A DNA stretch of 36,020 nucleotides from an uncultured Candidatus Saccharibacteria bacterium (GCA_964538815.1 CAZIHL010000004.1:3122-39141); one strand, 5' to 3'. Positions 15,242 to 24,169 are shown, counted from the stretch's first letter. Notes: generated from the letters alone by a model not told the origin. Numbers and translations: made by a program.

Positions 15242-16234
15242 ATGTCAGAACAAATTAAAAAAGGGGTCAGTCCAAATTTTTTCTTCTTATCACTGGGAGT
15301 TATGGTAACACTTATTACTAGTGTTATAGCAGGTTTGTCATTATTTTTTGAAACTCTGTCTCATAAAATGCCTGATGTACTAAACTCTTATTATGAGTAT
15401 GGATATAGTTCTTATACATATGAAAGTATGAGAACTATGATAGCTATTCTTTTAATTTTCTTTCCAATATTTTTAATACTTTCATATTTTTGGTGGAAAT
15501 ACATTAAAAAAGGTTTTGAAAGTAAAAATGAAAAGTTATTTAAATGGATAATGTATATAATTTTATTTTTAGCTTCTCTTGTTATTGTTATTGATCTTGT
15601 AATTTTAGTAAATTATTTTGTGGCAGGAGAAATTACAAACAGATTTATTTATAAAGTATTAGGTACAGCTTTAATAGCTGGAATGATATGGGTATACTAC
15701 TATTTATCTTTAAAAGATTTTAATATAAGCAAATCAAAAAATATAATCGTAAAAAGAATTTTATCAAATATATCAATTATCATGTTTATTTCTCTTATAA
15801 TATTTGGATTTATGGTTATGGGCAGTCCTAAAATGCAAAGAGCTTGGAGGTTAGACGAAAGAAGAGAAAGCGATCTTCAGTCTATACAATGGCAAATTGT
15901 AAATTATTGGCAGCAAAGAGGGAAAATGCCTATTAGTTTAAATGATCTAAAAGATCCTATAAGTGGAAATTATACACCTCAAGATCCAGAATTTCAACAA
16001 GGTAAAATTTATGAGTATATTTTTAAAGAGAATACATCATTTATTCTTTGTGCTACTTTTTCTGAAGTTTCACAGCAAGGATTAATAGAAAATAATAATT
16101 CAGCAGTGATTGATAATGTAAAAAGTACATCAAATTATATATCTGAAGGAAGCAATTCTTGGAATCATGGTAAAGGTAGAGTTTGTTTTGATAGAACAAT
16201 CGATCCAAAAATTTACAAACCAAATAATCCGTAA
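15242..16234 (+). CDS. Polytopic membrane protein with a C-terminal pseudopilin (GspG/T2SS-G)-like globular domain
   Basis: About 5-6 TM helices, then SDLQSIQWQIVNYWQQRGKMPISLNDLKDP...YTPQDPEFQQGKIYEYIF. This resembles the pilin/pseudopilin head motif (Y...G.yP.sL..L...P.DP....Y.Y). No class III prepilin signal. Confidence 0.5.
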   Translation: MSEQIKKGVSPNFFFLSLGVMVTLITSVIAGLSLFFETLSHKMPDVLNSYYEYGYSSYTYESMRTMIAILLIFFPIFLILSYFWWKYIKKGFESKNEKLFKWIMYIILFLASLVIVIDLVILVNYFVAGEITNRFIYKVLGTALIAGMIWVYYYLSLKDFNISKSKNIIVKRILSNISIIMFISLIIFGFMVMGSPKMQRAWRLDERRESDLQSIQWQIVNYWQQRGKMPISLNDLKDPISGNYTPQDPEFQQGKIYEYIFKENTSFILCATFSEVSQQGLIENNNSAVIDNVKSTSNYISEGSNSWNHGKGRVCFDRTIDPKIYKPNNP

Positions 16235-16255
16235 TTAGAAAATACAAAATAAAAT

Positions 16256-17383
16256 ATGGTTAAGTTCTTATATAAGAAAATAATAAAACCGATACTTTTT
16301 TTGTTTCCAGCAGATTATATACATATTCTTTTTTTGAAAATAGGATCTTTCTTAGGGACGAGAAATATTTATAAGAGATTAGTAAATTACTTATTTTATT
16401 TTGAGAATAAAAATATTTCACAAAATATATTAGGTATAAATTTTAAAAATCCTATAGGGCTTGCTGCAGGATTTGACTATGACGCTGATCTTGTTAATAT
16501 ACTTTGTGATGTTGGATTTGGTTTTCATACTATCGGCACGGTTACTAATATGTATTATAAAGGTAATACGTATCCAATGTTGGGCAGATTACCAAAATCA
16601 AAAGCACTTTTAGTAAATAAAGGGTTTAAAAGTAATGGTATAGATAGTATAATTAAAAAAGGTGTAAATTTTAAAAAAACTATACCTTTGGGTATAAGTT
16701 TAGGAGTTACAAATAAAATATATGAAAATGAGGCTTCTATGTTAGAAGATATTTATGAAGATTTTTTAAAAGCAAATAATACTAATTATTTTGATTATTT
16801 TGAATTAAATATTTCTTGCCCAAATCTTACACATATTCCAGAAGATTTTGAGAAATTTGACACACCAGAAGGATTAAAAAAAGTATTAAAAAAAATAAGC
16901 ACTATCAATATAATTTATCCAATTTTTATAAAAATGCATTGTGAAAAGAGTGTAGAGCAAACTATAACGTTGTGTGAAATAGCTAAAGAATTTAATTTCA
17001 TAAAAGGTTTTATTTTTTCAAATCTTGTAAAAAATAGAGATAATATATCTTTAAATAAAGAAGAATTGAAAAAGTTTGAAAATAAGAAAGGTAATTTTTC
17101 AGGTAAGCCAACAGAAAGTCTTTCTAATAATCTAATAAGTGAAGTATATAAAAAATATAAAGACGAGAACAGATTTATTATTATTGGTTGTGGTGGAGTA
17201 TTTGAAGGGAAAGATGCTTATGAAAAAATAAAAAGAGGGGCTAGCTTGATACAGATGATAACAGGTATGATTTATGAGGGCCCAAGCCAAATAGGGAATA
17301 TTAATAAAGAACTTTCAAAACTCATTAAAAAAGATGGTTATCAAAATATAAAAGAAGTAATAGGTATAAATCATAAACAATAA
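16256..17383 (+). CDS. pyrD: Dihydroorotate dehydrogenase-family protein (PyrD-like)
   Basis: FKNPIGLAAGFDYDADL, NISCPN and IIGCGGV...GASLIQMITGMIYEGP are collinear with E. coli PyrD, including the N-terminal extension. Confidence 0.75.
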   Translation: MVKFLYKKIIKPILFLFPADYIHILFLKIGSFLGTRNIYKRLVNYLFYFENKNISQNILGINFKNPIGLAAGFDYDADLVNILCDVGFGFHTIGTVTNMYYKGNTYPMLGRLPKSKALLVNKGFKSNGIDSIIKKGVNFKKTIPLGISLGVTNKIYENEASMLEDIYEDFLKANNTNYFDYFELNISCPNLTHIPEDFEKFDTPEGLKKVLKKISTINIIYPIFIKMHCEKSVEQTITLCEIAKEFNFIKGFIFSNLVKNRDNISLNKEELKKFENKKGNFSGKPTESLSNNLISEVYKKYKDENRFIIIGCGGVFEGKDAYEKIKRGASLIQMITGMIYEGPSQIGNINKELSKLIKKDGYQNIKEVIGINHKQ

Positions 17384-17410
17384 AACGAGCGCTTAGCGCT
17401 CGTTGTTTTT
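17384..17410. terminator. Bidirectional terminator AACGAGCGC-tta-GCGCTCGTT followed by GTTTTT
   Basis: Perfect 9-bp GC-rich stem between convergent genes. Confidence 0.8.
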
Positions 17411-17596
17411 ATGACATTGGCATTCGGTTATACCATATATATGGAAAAGAAATCTTAACTCTTTCCAATTTTTACATTTCATACATGATACATTTATGCC
17501 TTCATATTCATAAAAACTTAAACTTTTTGCCGACTGTTCTTCCAGAGAGTTTAAAACTTCTTCGGAGAAAAGAGTGAGCTGTTTTTCATTTTTCAT
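17393..17596 (-). CDS. Small Cys-rich hypothetical protein (CxxC ... CxC)
   Basis: Internal ATG at 17596 (MKNEKQLTLF...) is preferred over the track start. It contains CMKC and CQCH. No family recognised, and the 3' end overlaps the terminator stem. Confidence 0.3.
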   Translation of the reverse strand: MKNEKQLTLFSEEVLNSLEEQSAKSLSFYEYEGINVSCMKCKNWKELRFLFHIYGITECQCHKNNER

Positions 17597-17691
17597 AAAA
17601 AGTATTTCTGAATTAAGTATAACAAAAAATAATAAACTAGTAAATTTCACTTTAAAAACACATTTTGTCAAATGAATTTTTATTCAAAAAA

Positions 17692-17700
17692 TGTTATAAT
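17692..17700 (+). promoter_or_regulatory. Extended -10 element TGtTATAAT
   Basis: 35 nt upstream of gyrB. Confidence 0.5.
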
Positions 17701-17734
17701 AATTATATAAAAATACACTTTTTTATTAAAAAAT

Positions 17735-19906
17735 ATGGCAAAAGAAACTAAAAAATCATCATACGGTGCTGAGTCTATTCAAGTTTTAGAAGGTCTTGAA
17801 CCAGTCCGTAAAAGACCAGGAATGTATATTGGATCAACTGGTCCTGATGGATTACATCATTTAATATGGGAAATTTTTGACAACTCTCGTGACGAAGCCA
17901 TGAACGGATATGCGAATAGGATAGAGGTGGCAATTTTACCAAACAATATTATTCGTGTAGTTGATAATGGTCGTGGTATTCCAACTGATATTCATCCCAA
18001 GACAAAAGTTTCAGCACTTGAAACAATTATGACAACACTTCATGCTGGTGGAAAATTTAACAGTGACGGCTATTCTGTATCAGGAGGACTTCATGGAGTG
18101 GGGGCATCTGTTGTGAATGCACTTTCTATATTAACAAAAGTAGAAGTTCATAGAGATGGTAAAATTTTCATACAAGAATATTCAAAAGGTATTGCAAAGG
18201 CCAAAGTAAAAGAAATTGGGAAGACAAAATTTAATGGAACAATAGTTACTTTTAAACCAGATATTGAAATATTTAAGGAAGGTGTGGAATATGAATGGAC
18301 ACGTATAGTGTCTCATTTGCGTCAGCAAGCCTATCTTGTAAAAGGACTAGAGATAGATATCTTAGATTTAAGAAAAAGATACCAAGATCTCTCTGATGAA
18401 AAATCTTCCTTTAATTTTGTGAAAGAAATAGAAGGGGAAAGCTATATTAAAGATTTAGATTATAATAAATTTTCTGGATATAAATCATTTTCATTTTTCT
18501 TTGAAGGTGGATTAAAGAGTCTTGTCTCTCATTATAATTTTAATGATAAACCAATACATAAAAATATCTTTTATGTAGAGAAAAAAATAGATGAGCAAGA
18601 AAATAATGTAGGGGTAGAAATAGCATTACAATATGTAGATGATTATCCTACAAAAATAGTAGCTTTTGCAAACAATATTCCTAATGCAGAAGGAGGAACT
18701 CATGTTTCTGGGTTTAAGACTACACTAACAAGACTTATAAATTCCTATGCTCGTAAAAATAATATTTTAAAAGAAAAAGATGAAAATCTTACAGGAGACG
18801 ATGTTCTCGAAGGATTAACAGCCGTAATTTCTGTAAAGCTTCATGAAATACAATTTGAAGGACAAACTAAAGCAAAGCTTGGATCTATGGAAGCGCAAAC
18901 TGCAGTATCTAGTGTATTCTCACAAGCTTTCTCTGACTTTTTAGAAGAACATCCAGATGATGCAAAAGAAATTATAGGAAAAGGTTTATTAGCTTTGCGT
19001 GCTAGAAAAGCTGCAAAAGCTGCAAAAGATTCTATATTAAGAAAATCTGCATTAGAAGGAATGACTCTTCCTGGAAAGCTTGCCGATTGCCAAAGTAATA
19101 GTGCAGAAGAATCTGAATTATTTATAGTAGAGGGAGACTCCGCTGGAGGATCAGCTAAAATGGGTCGTGATAGAAAGACTCAAGCCATTCTTCCATTAAG
19201 AGGTAAGATTTTAAATGTAGAAAGAGCGAGACTGGATAAAATGCTTGGATCTGAACAGGTTAAAAATTTAGTTTTGGCTATGGGTGCAGCAATAGGAGAT
19301 ACTTTTGATATTAAGAAAATGAGATATCATAAAATAATTATTGCTACAGATGCCGATGTTGATGGAGAACATATACGAACACTGTTATTAACATTTTTCT
19401 TTAGATATTATAAGGAAGTTATCGATAGTGGATTTATTTATATTGCTCAACCACCACTTTATAAAATAATGCAGGGTAAAAAAGTTGATTATGCTTATTC
19501 TGATGTTGAAAAATTTTCTATAGTAGGTGATGTAAATCTTGAAGAGGTAGCAGAAGATGATGATTCTGTAGAAATAAATGAAAATGAAGAACTTTCAGAA
19601 GAATTAAAAGATGCAGGATTTGAAGATACTAATAAAAAATCAAAAGGCAAGAAAGGTAAAGAAAATAAAATTGAAGAAAAGAAAAGTTCTAAAATTAGGA
19701 TACAAAGATATAAAGGTCTTGGAGAAATGAATGCTGAAGAATTATGGGAAACAACAATGGATCCTAAAAATAGAGTTCTTAAACAAGTTTCAGCAAAAGA
19801 TGCAGAAGAAGCAGATAAAATATTTGATATGCTTATGGGTAGCGAAGTAGGGCCAAGAAAAAGCTTTATTCAAACTTACGCGAAGGAGGCGGATATTGAT
19901 TATTAA
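17735..19906 (+). CDS. gyrB: DNA gyrase subunit B
   Basis: GHKL ATPase motifs (GLHHLIWEIFDNSRDE, DNGRGIP), Toprim (EGDSAGG, DADVDGEHI) and the C-terminal YKGLGEMNAEELWETTMDP. Confidence 0.95.
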   Translation: MAKETKKSSYGAESIQVLEGLEPVRKRPGMYIGSTGPDGLHHLIWEIFDNSRDEAMNGYANRIEVAILPNNIIRVVDNGRGIPTDIHPKTKVSALETIMTTLHAGGKFNSDGYSVSGGLHGVGASVVNALSILTKVEVHRDGKIFIQEYSKGIAKAKVKEIGKTKFNGTIVTFKPDIEIFKEGVEYEWTRIVSHLRQQAYLVKGLEIDILDLRKRYQDLSDEKSSFNFVKEIEGESYIKDLDYNKFSGYKSFSFFFEGGLKSLVSHYNFNDKPIHKNIFYVEKKIDEQENNVGVEIALQYVDDYPTKIVAFANNIPNAEGGTHVSGFKTTLTRLINSYARKNNILKEKDENLTGDDVLEGLTAVISVKLHEIQFEGQTKAKLGSMEAQTAVSSVFSQAFSDFLEEHPDDAKEIIGKGLLALRARKAAKAAKDSILRKSALEGMTLPGKLADCQSNSAEESELFIVEGDSAGGSAKMGRDRKTQAILPLRGKILNVERARLDKMLGSEQVKNLVLAMGAAIGDTFDIKKMRYHKIIIATDADVDGEHIRTLLLTFFFRYYKEVIDSGFIYIAQPPLYKIMQGKKVDYAYSDVEKFSIVGDVNLEEVAEDDDSVEINENEELSEELKDAGFEDTNKKSKGKKGKENKIEEKKSSKIRIQRYKGLGEMNAEELWETTMDPKNRVLKQVSAKDAEEADKIFDMLMGSEVGPRKSFIQTYAKEADIDY

Positions 19907-19910
19907 AAAT

Positions 19911-20417
19911 CTAATATCCTATAATAACTATTTCTTTAAGTGGAAGTTTTATTCTGTTGCTTATATATAAAGTTTCCAAGAAAGAATATATTTTTTCAAA
20001 ATCATCATTACCTCTATAATCATTTCTTATTGCTAATACAAGTACTTCCACTTCATGCATCATACTTGCTTGAAATATGTCTTTTAAAAATTGATAGTTA
20101 ACAACCGCTCTTCCTGCTTCAACTTCAAGCACTATTTTTCCATCATCAGATATTCCATCTGCTTCAAAATATTTATCTATATTATTATTTATTCCAAACA
20201 AAACAGGCACTTGAATTTTTTGATCTTTAGATTTTCCCGTTTCTATTATCATTCCTATTTTTTCCAAATCTTTTCTTATTATTTCTAGTACTTCATTACT
20301 ACTCAAAGTATTAGAATCTGAAGTTATTAAATTTTCATGTTTTATAAAACAATTTATTATTTCTTGTGCTTTTTTATCAGTACTTACTGATCTTGGGAAA
20401 GATTGAAATCTTATCAT
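19911..20417 (-). CDS. PD-(D/E)xK nuclease, BamHI/BglII-like restriction-endonuclease fold (orphan)
   Basis: FEADGISDDGKIVLEVEAGRAVVNYQFLKDIF fits D...ExE.G....N....K as in the BamHI/BglII family. Start moved to ATG 20417 because a TGaTATTAT element overlaps the upstream TTG. Confidence 0.45.
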   Translation of the reverse strand: MIRFQSFPRSVSTDKKAQEIINCFIKHENLITSDSNTLSSNEVLEIIRKDLEKIGMIIETGKSKDQKIQVPVLFGINNNIDKYFEADGISDDGKIVLEVEAGRAVVNYQFLKDIFQASMMHEVEVLVLAIRNDYRGNDDFEKIYSFLETLYISNRIKLPLKEIVIIGY

Positions 20418-20431
20418 ATATTTATTTATAT

Positions 20432-20440
20432 ATAATATCA
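20432..20440 (-). promoter_or_regulatory. Extended -10 element TGaTATTAT (minus strand)
   Basis: 14 nt upstream of ATG 20417. Confidence 0.4.
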
Positions 20441-20503
20441 AAAAAATATAGTTAAAGCTATACAGGCTGACGTTTATTAAAAATAAAATATAATAAAAAT
20501 AAT

Positions 20504-20686
20504 ATGTCTACTTTTTATCATCTATATAATTTAACTAAAGACGATTATGTAAAAAAGTGTATGAATTATGAAAAATCTGAATTAAAAGATCTTGTTAAAA
20601 GTCATACATTATTTAGAAGAAAAACCAAAGATAAAATAATTATTATTAAAAGTAAAGATTACATTGAATATAATAATTCTTTTTAA
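20504..20686 (+). CDS. Hypothetical 60-aa protein
   Basis: ORF only. A TATAAT lies 9 nt upstream. The 3' end overlaps the thrS stop by 4 nt. Confidence 0.25.
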   Translation: MSTFYHLYNLTKDDYVKKCMNYEKSELKDLVKSHTLFRRKTKDKIIIIKSKDYIEYNNSF

Positions 20687-22446
20687 ATTTTACTCTCCAC
20701 TTCACTCTTCAATTTCTCTAAAAGTTCATCAATAGTTAATGAAAACTTTTCTCCATTTCTTGATTCAAGTGTAACTTTATTTTCAGCTACTTCTTTATCA
20801 CCAATCACAATCCAGTAAGGATACTTCATTTCTTTTGCATAACGCACTTTTTTGCCAAGACCGTCTTTTCCATCCTCTAGCTCTACTCGGAAATTTTTTT
20901 CATTTAATTTTTCAAAAACATTTTTTGCATATTCTCCATGGATCTCTACATTTACTGGGATAACAGATAATTGTGTAGGACTCATCCAAAGAGGGAAGTT
21001 GCCACCAGTGTGTTCAATATATACAGAAAGAAATCTTTCAAGACTTCCTGCAATAGCGCAATGAATCATTACTGGCATCTCTCTTGCACCAGTTTCATTT
21101 ACATATTCAAGACCAAAATTAGCAGGTTGAATAAAGTCTAACTGAATTGTGGCTACTTGATGTTCTCTTCCAATAGCATCTTCTGCCATAAAGTCTATTT
21201 TTGGGCCATAAAAAGCAGCTTCTCCTTCACCATCTATATAGTTATCTCCAACTCTTTTATTTAATAATTCTTTTATAGCTGTCTCTGCTTTATTCCAAGA
21301 CTCTACATCACCTTTAAACTTTGGGTCATCATTTCTTCGACTAAATCTTATCTTTAAATCTTTAAAATTAAAAGTTTTATAGAATTCTTCTACCATACCC
21401 CAAACATCATTTACTTCTTTTTCTATTTGGCTTTCTCTACAGAAAATATGGGCATCATCTTGAGTAATAGATAATACGCGAGACAGACCATTCAACTCTC
21501 CAGATTGCTCATCACGATAGACCATAGTTGTCTCAGAATATCTGATAGGGAGTTCTTTATAACTTCGCAGTTCTGAAGCATATATTTGTGCATGATGGGG
21601 ACAATTCATCGGCTTCATACAAAGAATATGTCCATCACGAGTTTCTATTTTAAATAAATCTTCTTTGTATTTTTCCCAGTGTCCAGATTTTACATATAAA
21701 TCTTTTTTTGTGAGATGGGGTATTGTAACTTTTCCATAATTATATTTTGAACGTAATGACTGAACAAAATTATCAACTTGATTACGTAAAAATGTCCCTT
21801 TTGGAGTCCAAAGAGGAAGTCCAGGGCCAACAAGATCAGAAAATACAAATAGTCCAAGTTCTCGACCAAGTATTCTATGATCTCTTTTTTTAGCTTCTTC
21901 TTGTTTTTCTTCGTAATTTTTAAGATCTTCTTTAGTATCAAAAGAAAGTCCATATACACGAGTAAGCATTTTGTTTTCTACATTTCCTCTCCAGTAAGCA
22001 CCAGCCGTATGAGTAATTCTAAAACTCTCTGTATCAATCTCTGAGATATCTTCTACATGTCCTCCACGACAAAGATCTGTAAAAGTAGAACTATCACCAA
22101 AGTTTATAGTATAAAGAGTAATTTTTTCTCCTCTTTCTGCTATTTCATTTATAAGTTCTAATTTGTATTTATTATTTTTAAATATTTCTTCAGCTTCAGA
22201 TCTCGTGACTTCTTTATGAGAAAAAACACCACCTTGTTTTATTTTTTCTTGCATTAATTTTGTGAGATTAACAAAGTCTTCCTCTGTAGCAGGTTTTTCA
22301 TTTTTTGTAAAATCTACATCATAATAAAATCCATTATCTATTGCAGGACCAAGCGTTAGAAGCGTCTCAGGATATTTTTCTAGTATGACGCTTGCTAAAA
22401 TGTGAGACAAAGTATGTCTTTTGTGATTTAAATTTTGATTATCCAT
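20683..22446 (-). CDS. thrS: Threonine--tRNA ligase (lacks the N-terminal TGS domain)
   Basis: Begins at the SAD/editing region (HKRHTLSHILA), then class II core motifs (MNCPHH, FRDE-like YRDEQSGEL) and the anticodon-binding domain. Confidence 0.95.
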   Translation of the reverse strand: MDNQNLNHKRHTLSHILASVILEKYPETLLTLGPAIDNGFYYDVDFTKNEKPATEEDFVNLTKLMQEKIKQGGVFSHKEVTRSEAEEIFKNNKYKLELINEIAERGEKITLYTINFGDSSTFTDLCRGGHVEDISEIDTESFRITHTAGAYWRGNVENKMLTRVYGLSFDTKEDLKNYEEKQEEAKKRDHRILGRELGLFVFSDLVGPGLPLWTPKGTFLRNQVDNFVQSLRSKYNYGKVTIPHLTKKDLYVKSGHWEKYKEDLFKIETRDGHILCMKPMNCPHHAQIYASELRSYKELPIRYSETTMVYRDEQSGELNGLSRVLSITQDDAHIFCRESQIEKEVNDVWGMVEEFYKTFNFKDLKIRFSRRNDDPKFKGDVESWNKAETAIKELLNKRVGDNYIDGEGEAAFYGPKIDFMAEDAIGREHQVATIQLDFIQPANFGLEYVNETGAREMPVMIHCAIAGSLERFLSVYIEHTGGNFPLWMSPTQLSVIPVNVEIHGEYAKNVFEKLNEKNFRVELEDGKDGLGKKVRYAKEMKYPYWIVIGDKEVAENKVTLESRNGEKFSLTIDELLEKLKSEVESKI

Positions 22447-22476
22447 AATAATTATTTTTACGCTTGTAATTTATAG

Positions 22477-22485
22477 ATTATATCA
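22477..22485 (-). promoter_or_regulatory. Extended -10 element TGaTATAAT (minus strand)
   Basis: 30 nt upstream of the thrS ATG. Confidence 0.5.
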
Positions 22486-22545
22486 AAAAATTATAAAAAA
22501 CACATATTTTAATTAAATTAAGATTTAGTATTTTAAAAATAAAAA

Positions 22546-22554
22546 TGATATAAT
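22546..22554 (+). promoter_or_regulatory. Extended -10 element TGaTATAAT
   Basis: 28 nt upstream of lemA. Confidence 0.5.
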
Positions 22555-22581
22555 TTATATATAATTTAATTTAATAAAAAT

Positions 22582-23151
22582 ATGTCAACAACTTTAATTC
22601 TCTTAATAATTTTAGCGGTAGTAATTATATATTTTATTGCTGTTTATAATGGTCTTATCACAAAGAAAAATCGTATTGAAAACGCATGGGCTGATATTGA
22701 TGTTCAATTAAAGAGAAGATATGATCTTATTCCAAATCTTATAAATACTGTAAAAGGAGCTGCAAATTTTGAAAGCTCTACTTTGGAAAAAGTTATAGAA
22801 GCAAGAAATTCCGCTATTACTGCACATGATACAGGGGATAAAGAAAAAATTAATCAGGCTGAAAATGCCCTTACAGGTACTCTAAAATCTCTCTTTGCAT
22901 TGTCAGAAAGTTATCCCGATCTTAAAGCTACAGGGAATTTTTCTTCTCTTCAAAATGAATTAACAGATACGGAAGATAAAATCCAAGCCGCAAGAAGATT
23001 TTATAATAATACTGTTATGGACTTTAATACAGCTATAGCAGTATTTCCAAAAAATATTTTAGCTAATATGTTTGGATTTAAAGCTGAAGAAATGTTTAAA
23101 CTTTCAGAAGCTGAAAGTGCTGCAAGAAATCCAGTAGAAGTGAAGTTTTAA
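22582..23151 (+). CDS. lemA: LemA family membrane protein
   Basis: N-terminal TM plus YNGLITKKNRIENAWADIDVQLKRRYDLIPNLINTVKG and RRFYNNTVMDFN, typical of LemA. Confidence 0.9.
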   Translation: MSTTLILLIILAVVIIYFIAVYNGLITKKNRIENAWADIDVQLKRRYDLIPNLINTVKGAANFESSTLEKVIEARNSAITAHDTGDKEKINQAENALTGTLKSLFALSESYPDLKATGNFSSLQNELTDTEDKIQAARRFYNNTVMDFNTAIAVFPKNILANMFGFKAEEMFKLSEAESAARNPVEVKF

Positions 23152-23155
23152 TTTT

Positions 23156-24103
23156 ATGGAAAATTTAACTATAAATAGTGGTAAAAAAGATTCTAATAAA
23201 TTTCAAGTTGTAGATCTAAAATCTAATGAAAAAATAAATAGACCTAGCAATGAACAGATTAAAGGTAATAGATGGATTCTTGCTACTTATTATAGAGCAG
23301 AAGTCTTAAGATTAAGAATTCAAGGAAAAAGAGGTTCTGAAGAAGAAAAGGAGTTTCTAGAAAAATTAAAAGAAGTTTCTGGTAAAAATGAAAAAGATTT
23401 AAATAGTATTGGCTCACAATTTGTAGGACTAGAAAGTGAATCATATTATGCAGAGAGTATAGCTCACTCTTTAAAAGAGGGAGAGCATATTTGTATGTGT
23501 TACAATTTTGACGCAGAAGCTCAAATAGATTTTATAAAGCTTAAATTAAGTGAAGATAAAAGAGATATAGAAAAAGTGGTATTTATTCAAATAAAAAGTA
23601 GTGACAATAAATCTGAATTTGAAGTAAAAGATGTGCACGAAAATCAACTTCGCAGTTCTTATGAAGATCATTTGCACACTCTTCAAGAGTATAGAGAAGA
23701 ATTTTCTAAATTCTCAGATAAGTTAGATGAAAGTGGAGCAAGAGAATTCTCGGAGGGGTGGGCAAGCGATAATATTTCCTCAGAGATTAATGGAGATGGT
23801 TTATATCTTTTATCTAGAAATATTATTGAAAAAAATAATATCATAAATGCAGAAAAATTTTACTCTCAAACAGTTAGAGTCTATAGAGATGAAAAAGATA
23901 GACCTAACAAAATAGAAGAAGTGAAAGAGGAAGAAATATTTTTGTCTGAAAAGTTTCAACTCATGAATATTCAAAAAGAAATAGATAAATTAGAAGCTCA
24001 AATATTAAAGCGTCCAGATAGCCCCGCAAATATGTTTATAAAAAAGAAAATAGAGTCTTTAAAATTAAAGAAAGAATATATAGAAGAGCCAGCAGAAATA
24101 TAG
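23156..24103 (+). CDS. Hypothetical soluble charged protein, possible Mrr_cat-like PD-(D/E)xK core, translationally coupled to lemA
   Basis: 4-nt gap after lemA. AESIAHSLKEGEH...FDAEAQIDFIKLKL...KVVFIQIKSS resembles the E...D.ID...QxK pattern of Mrr-type nuclease domains. Coiled-coil C-terminus. Confidence 0.45.
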   Translation: MENLTINSGKKDSNKFQVVDLKSNEKINRPSNEQIKGNRWILATYYRAEVLRLRIQGKRGSEEEKEFLEKLKEVSGKNEKDLNSIGSQFVGLESESYYAESIAHSLKEGEHICMCYNFDAEAQIDFIKLKLSEDKRDIEKVVFIQIKSSDNKSEFEVKDVHENQLRSSYEDHLHTLQEYREEFSKFSDKLDESGAREFSEGWASDNISSEINGDGLYLLSRNIIEKNNIINAEKFYSQTVRVYRDEKDRPNKIEEVKEEEIFLSEKFQLMNIQKEIDKLEAQILKRPDSPANMFIKKKIESLKLKKEYIEEPAEI

Positions 24104-24105
24104 AC

Positions 24106-24134
24106 TTGCACTTTCTTTAAAAATATGGTATAGT
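24106..24134 (+). promoter_or_regulatory. Promoter TTGCAC-17 nt-TATAGT with TGg extension
   Basis: TTGCAC at 24106-24111 and TGgTATAGT at 24126-24134. Confidence 0.5.
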
Positions 24135-24169
24135 AGTATAAGAAGTACATTTAATCTTAAATTAAAGAT

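Noticed and set aside
19509-19710. About 45-aa acidic then lysine-rich insertion in GyrB, between PPLYKI and RYKGLGEM.
   Set aside because: It is a low-complexity linker in a region known to vary in length among GyrB proteins. There are no motifs suggesting an intein or an extra domain.
20418-20441. TTG start at 20441 for the nuclease ORF, and by the same reasoning the TTG at 43 for the first ORF.
   Set aside because: A TGaTATTAT -10 element occupies 20432-20440, so transcription probably starts downstream of the TTG, and ATG 20417 fits. For the first ORF, the frame is open to base 1 and the paralogs show that the helix continues upstream.
11634-22581. T-box leaders upstream of the aminoacyl-tRNA synthetase genes (glyQS, pheS, pheT, thrS).
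   Set aside because: The upstream spacers are only 2-135 nt. glyQS and pheT directly abut upstream ORFs. None has a specifier-loop/antiterminator architecture or a T-box consensus, so they are too short for a T-box.
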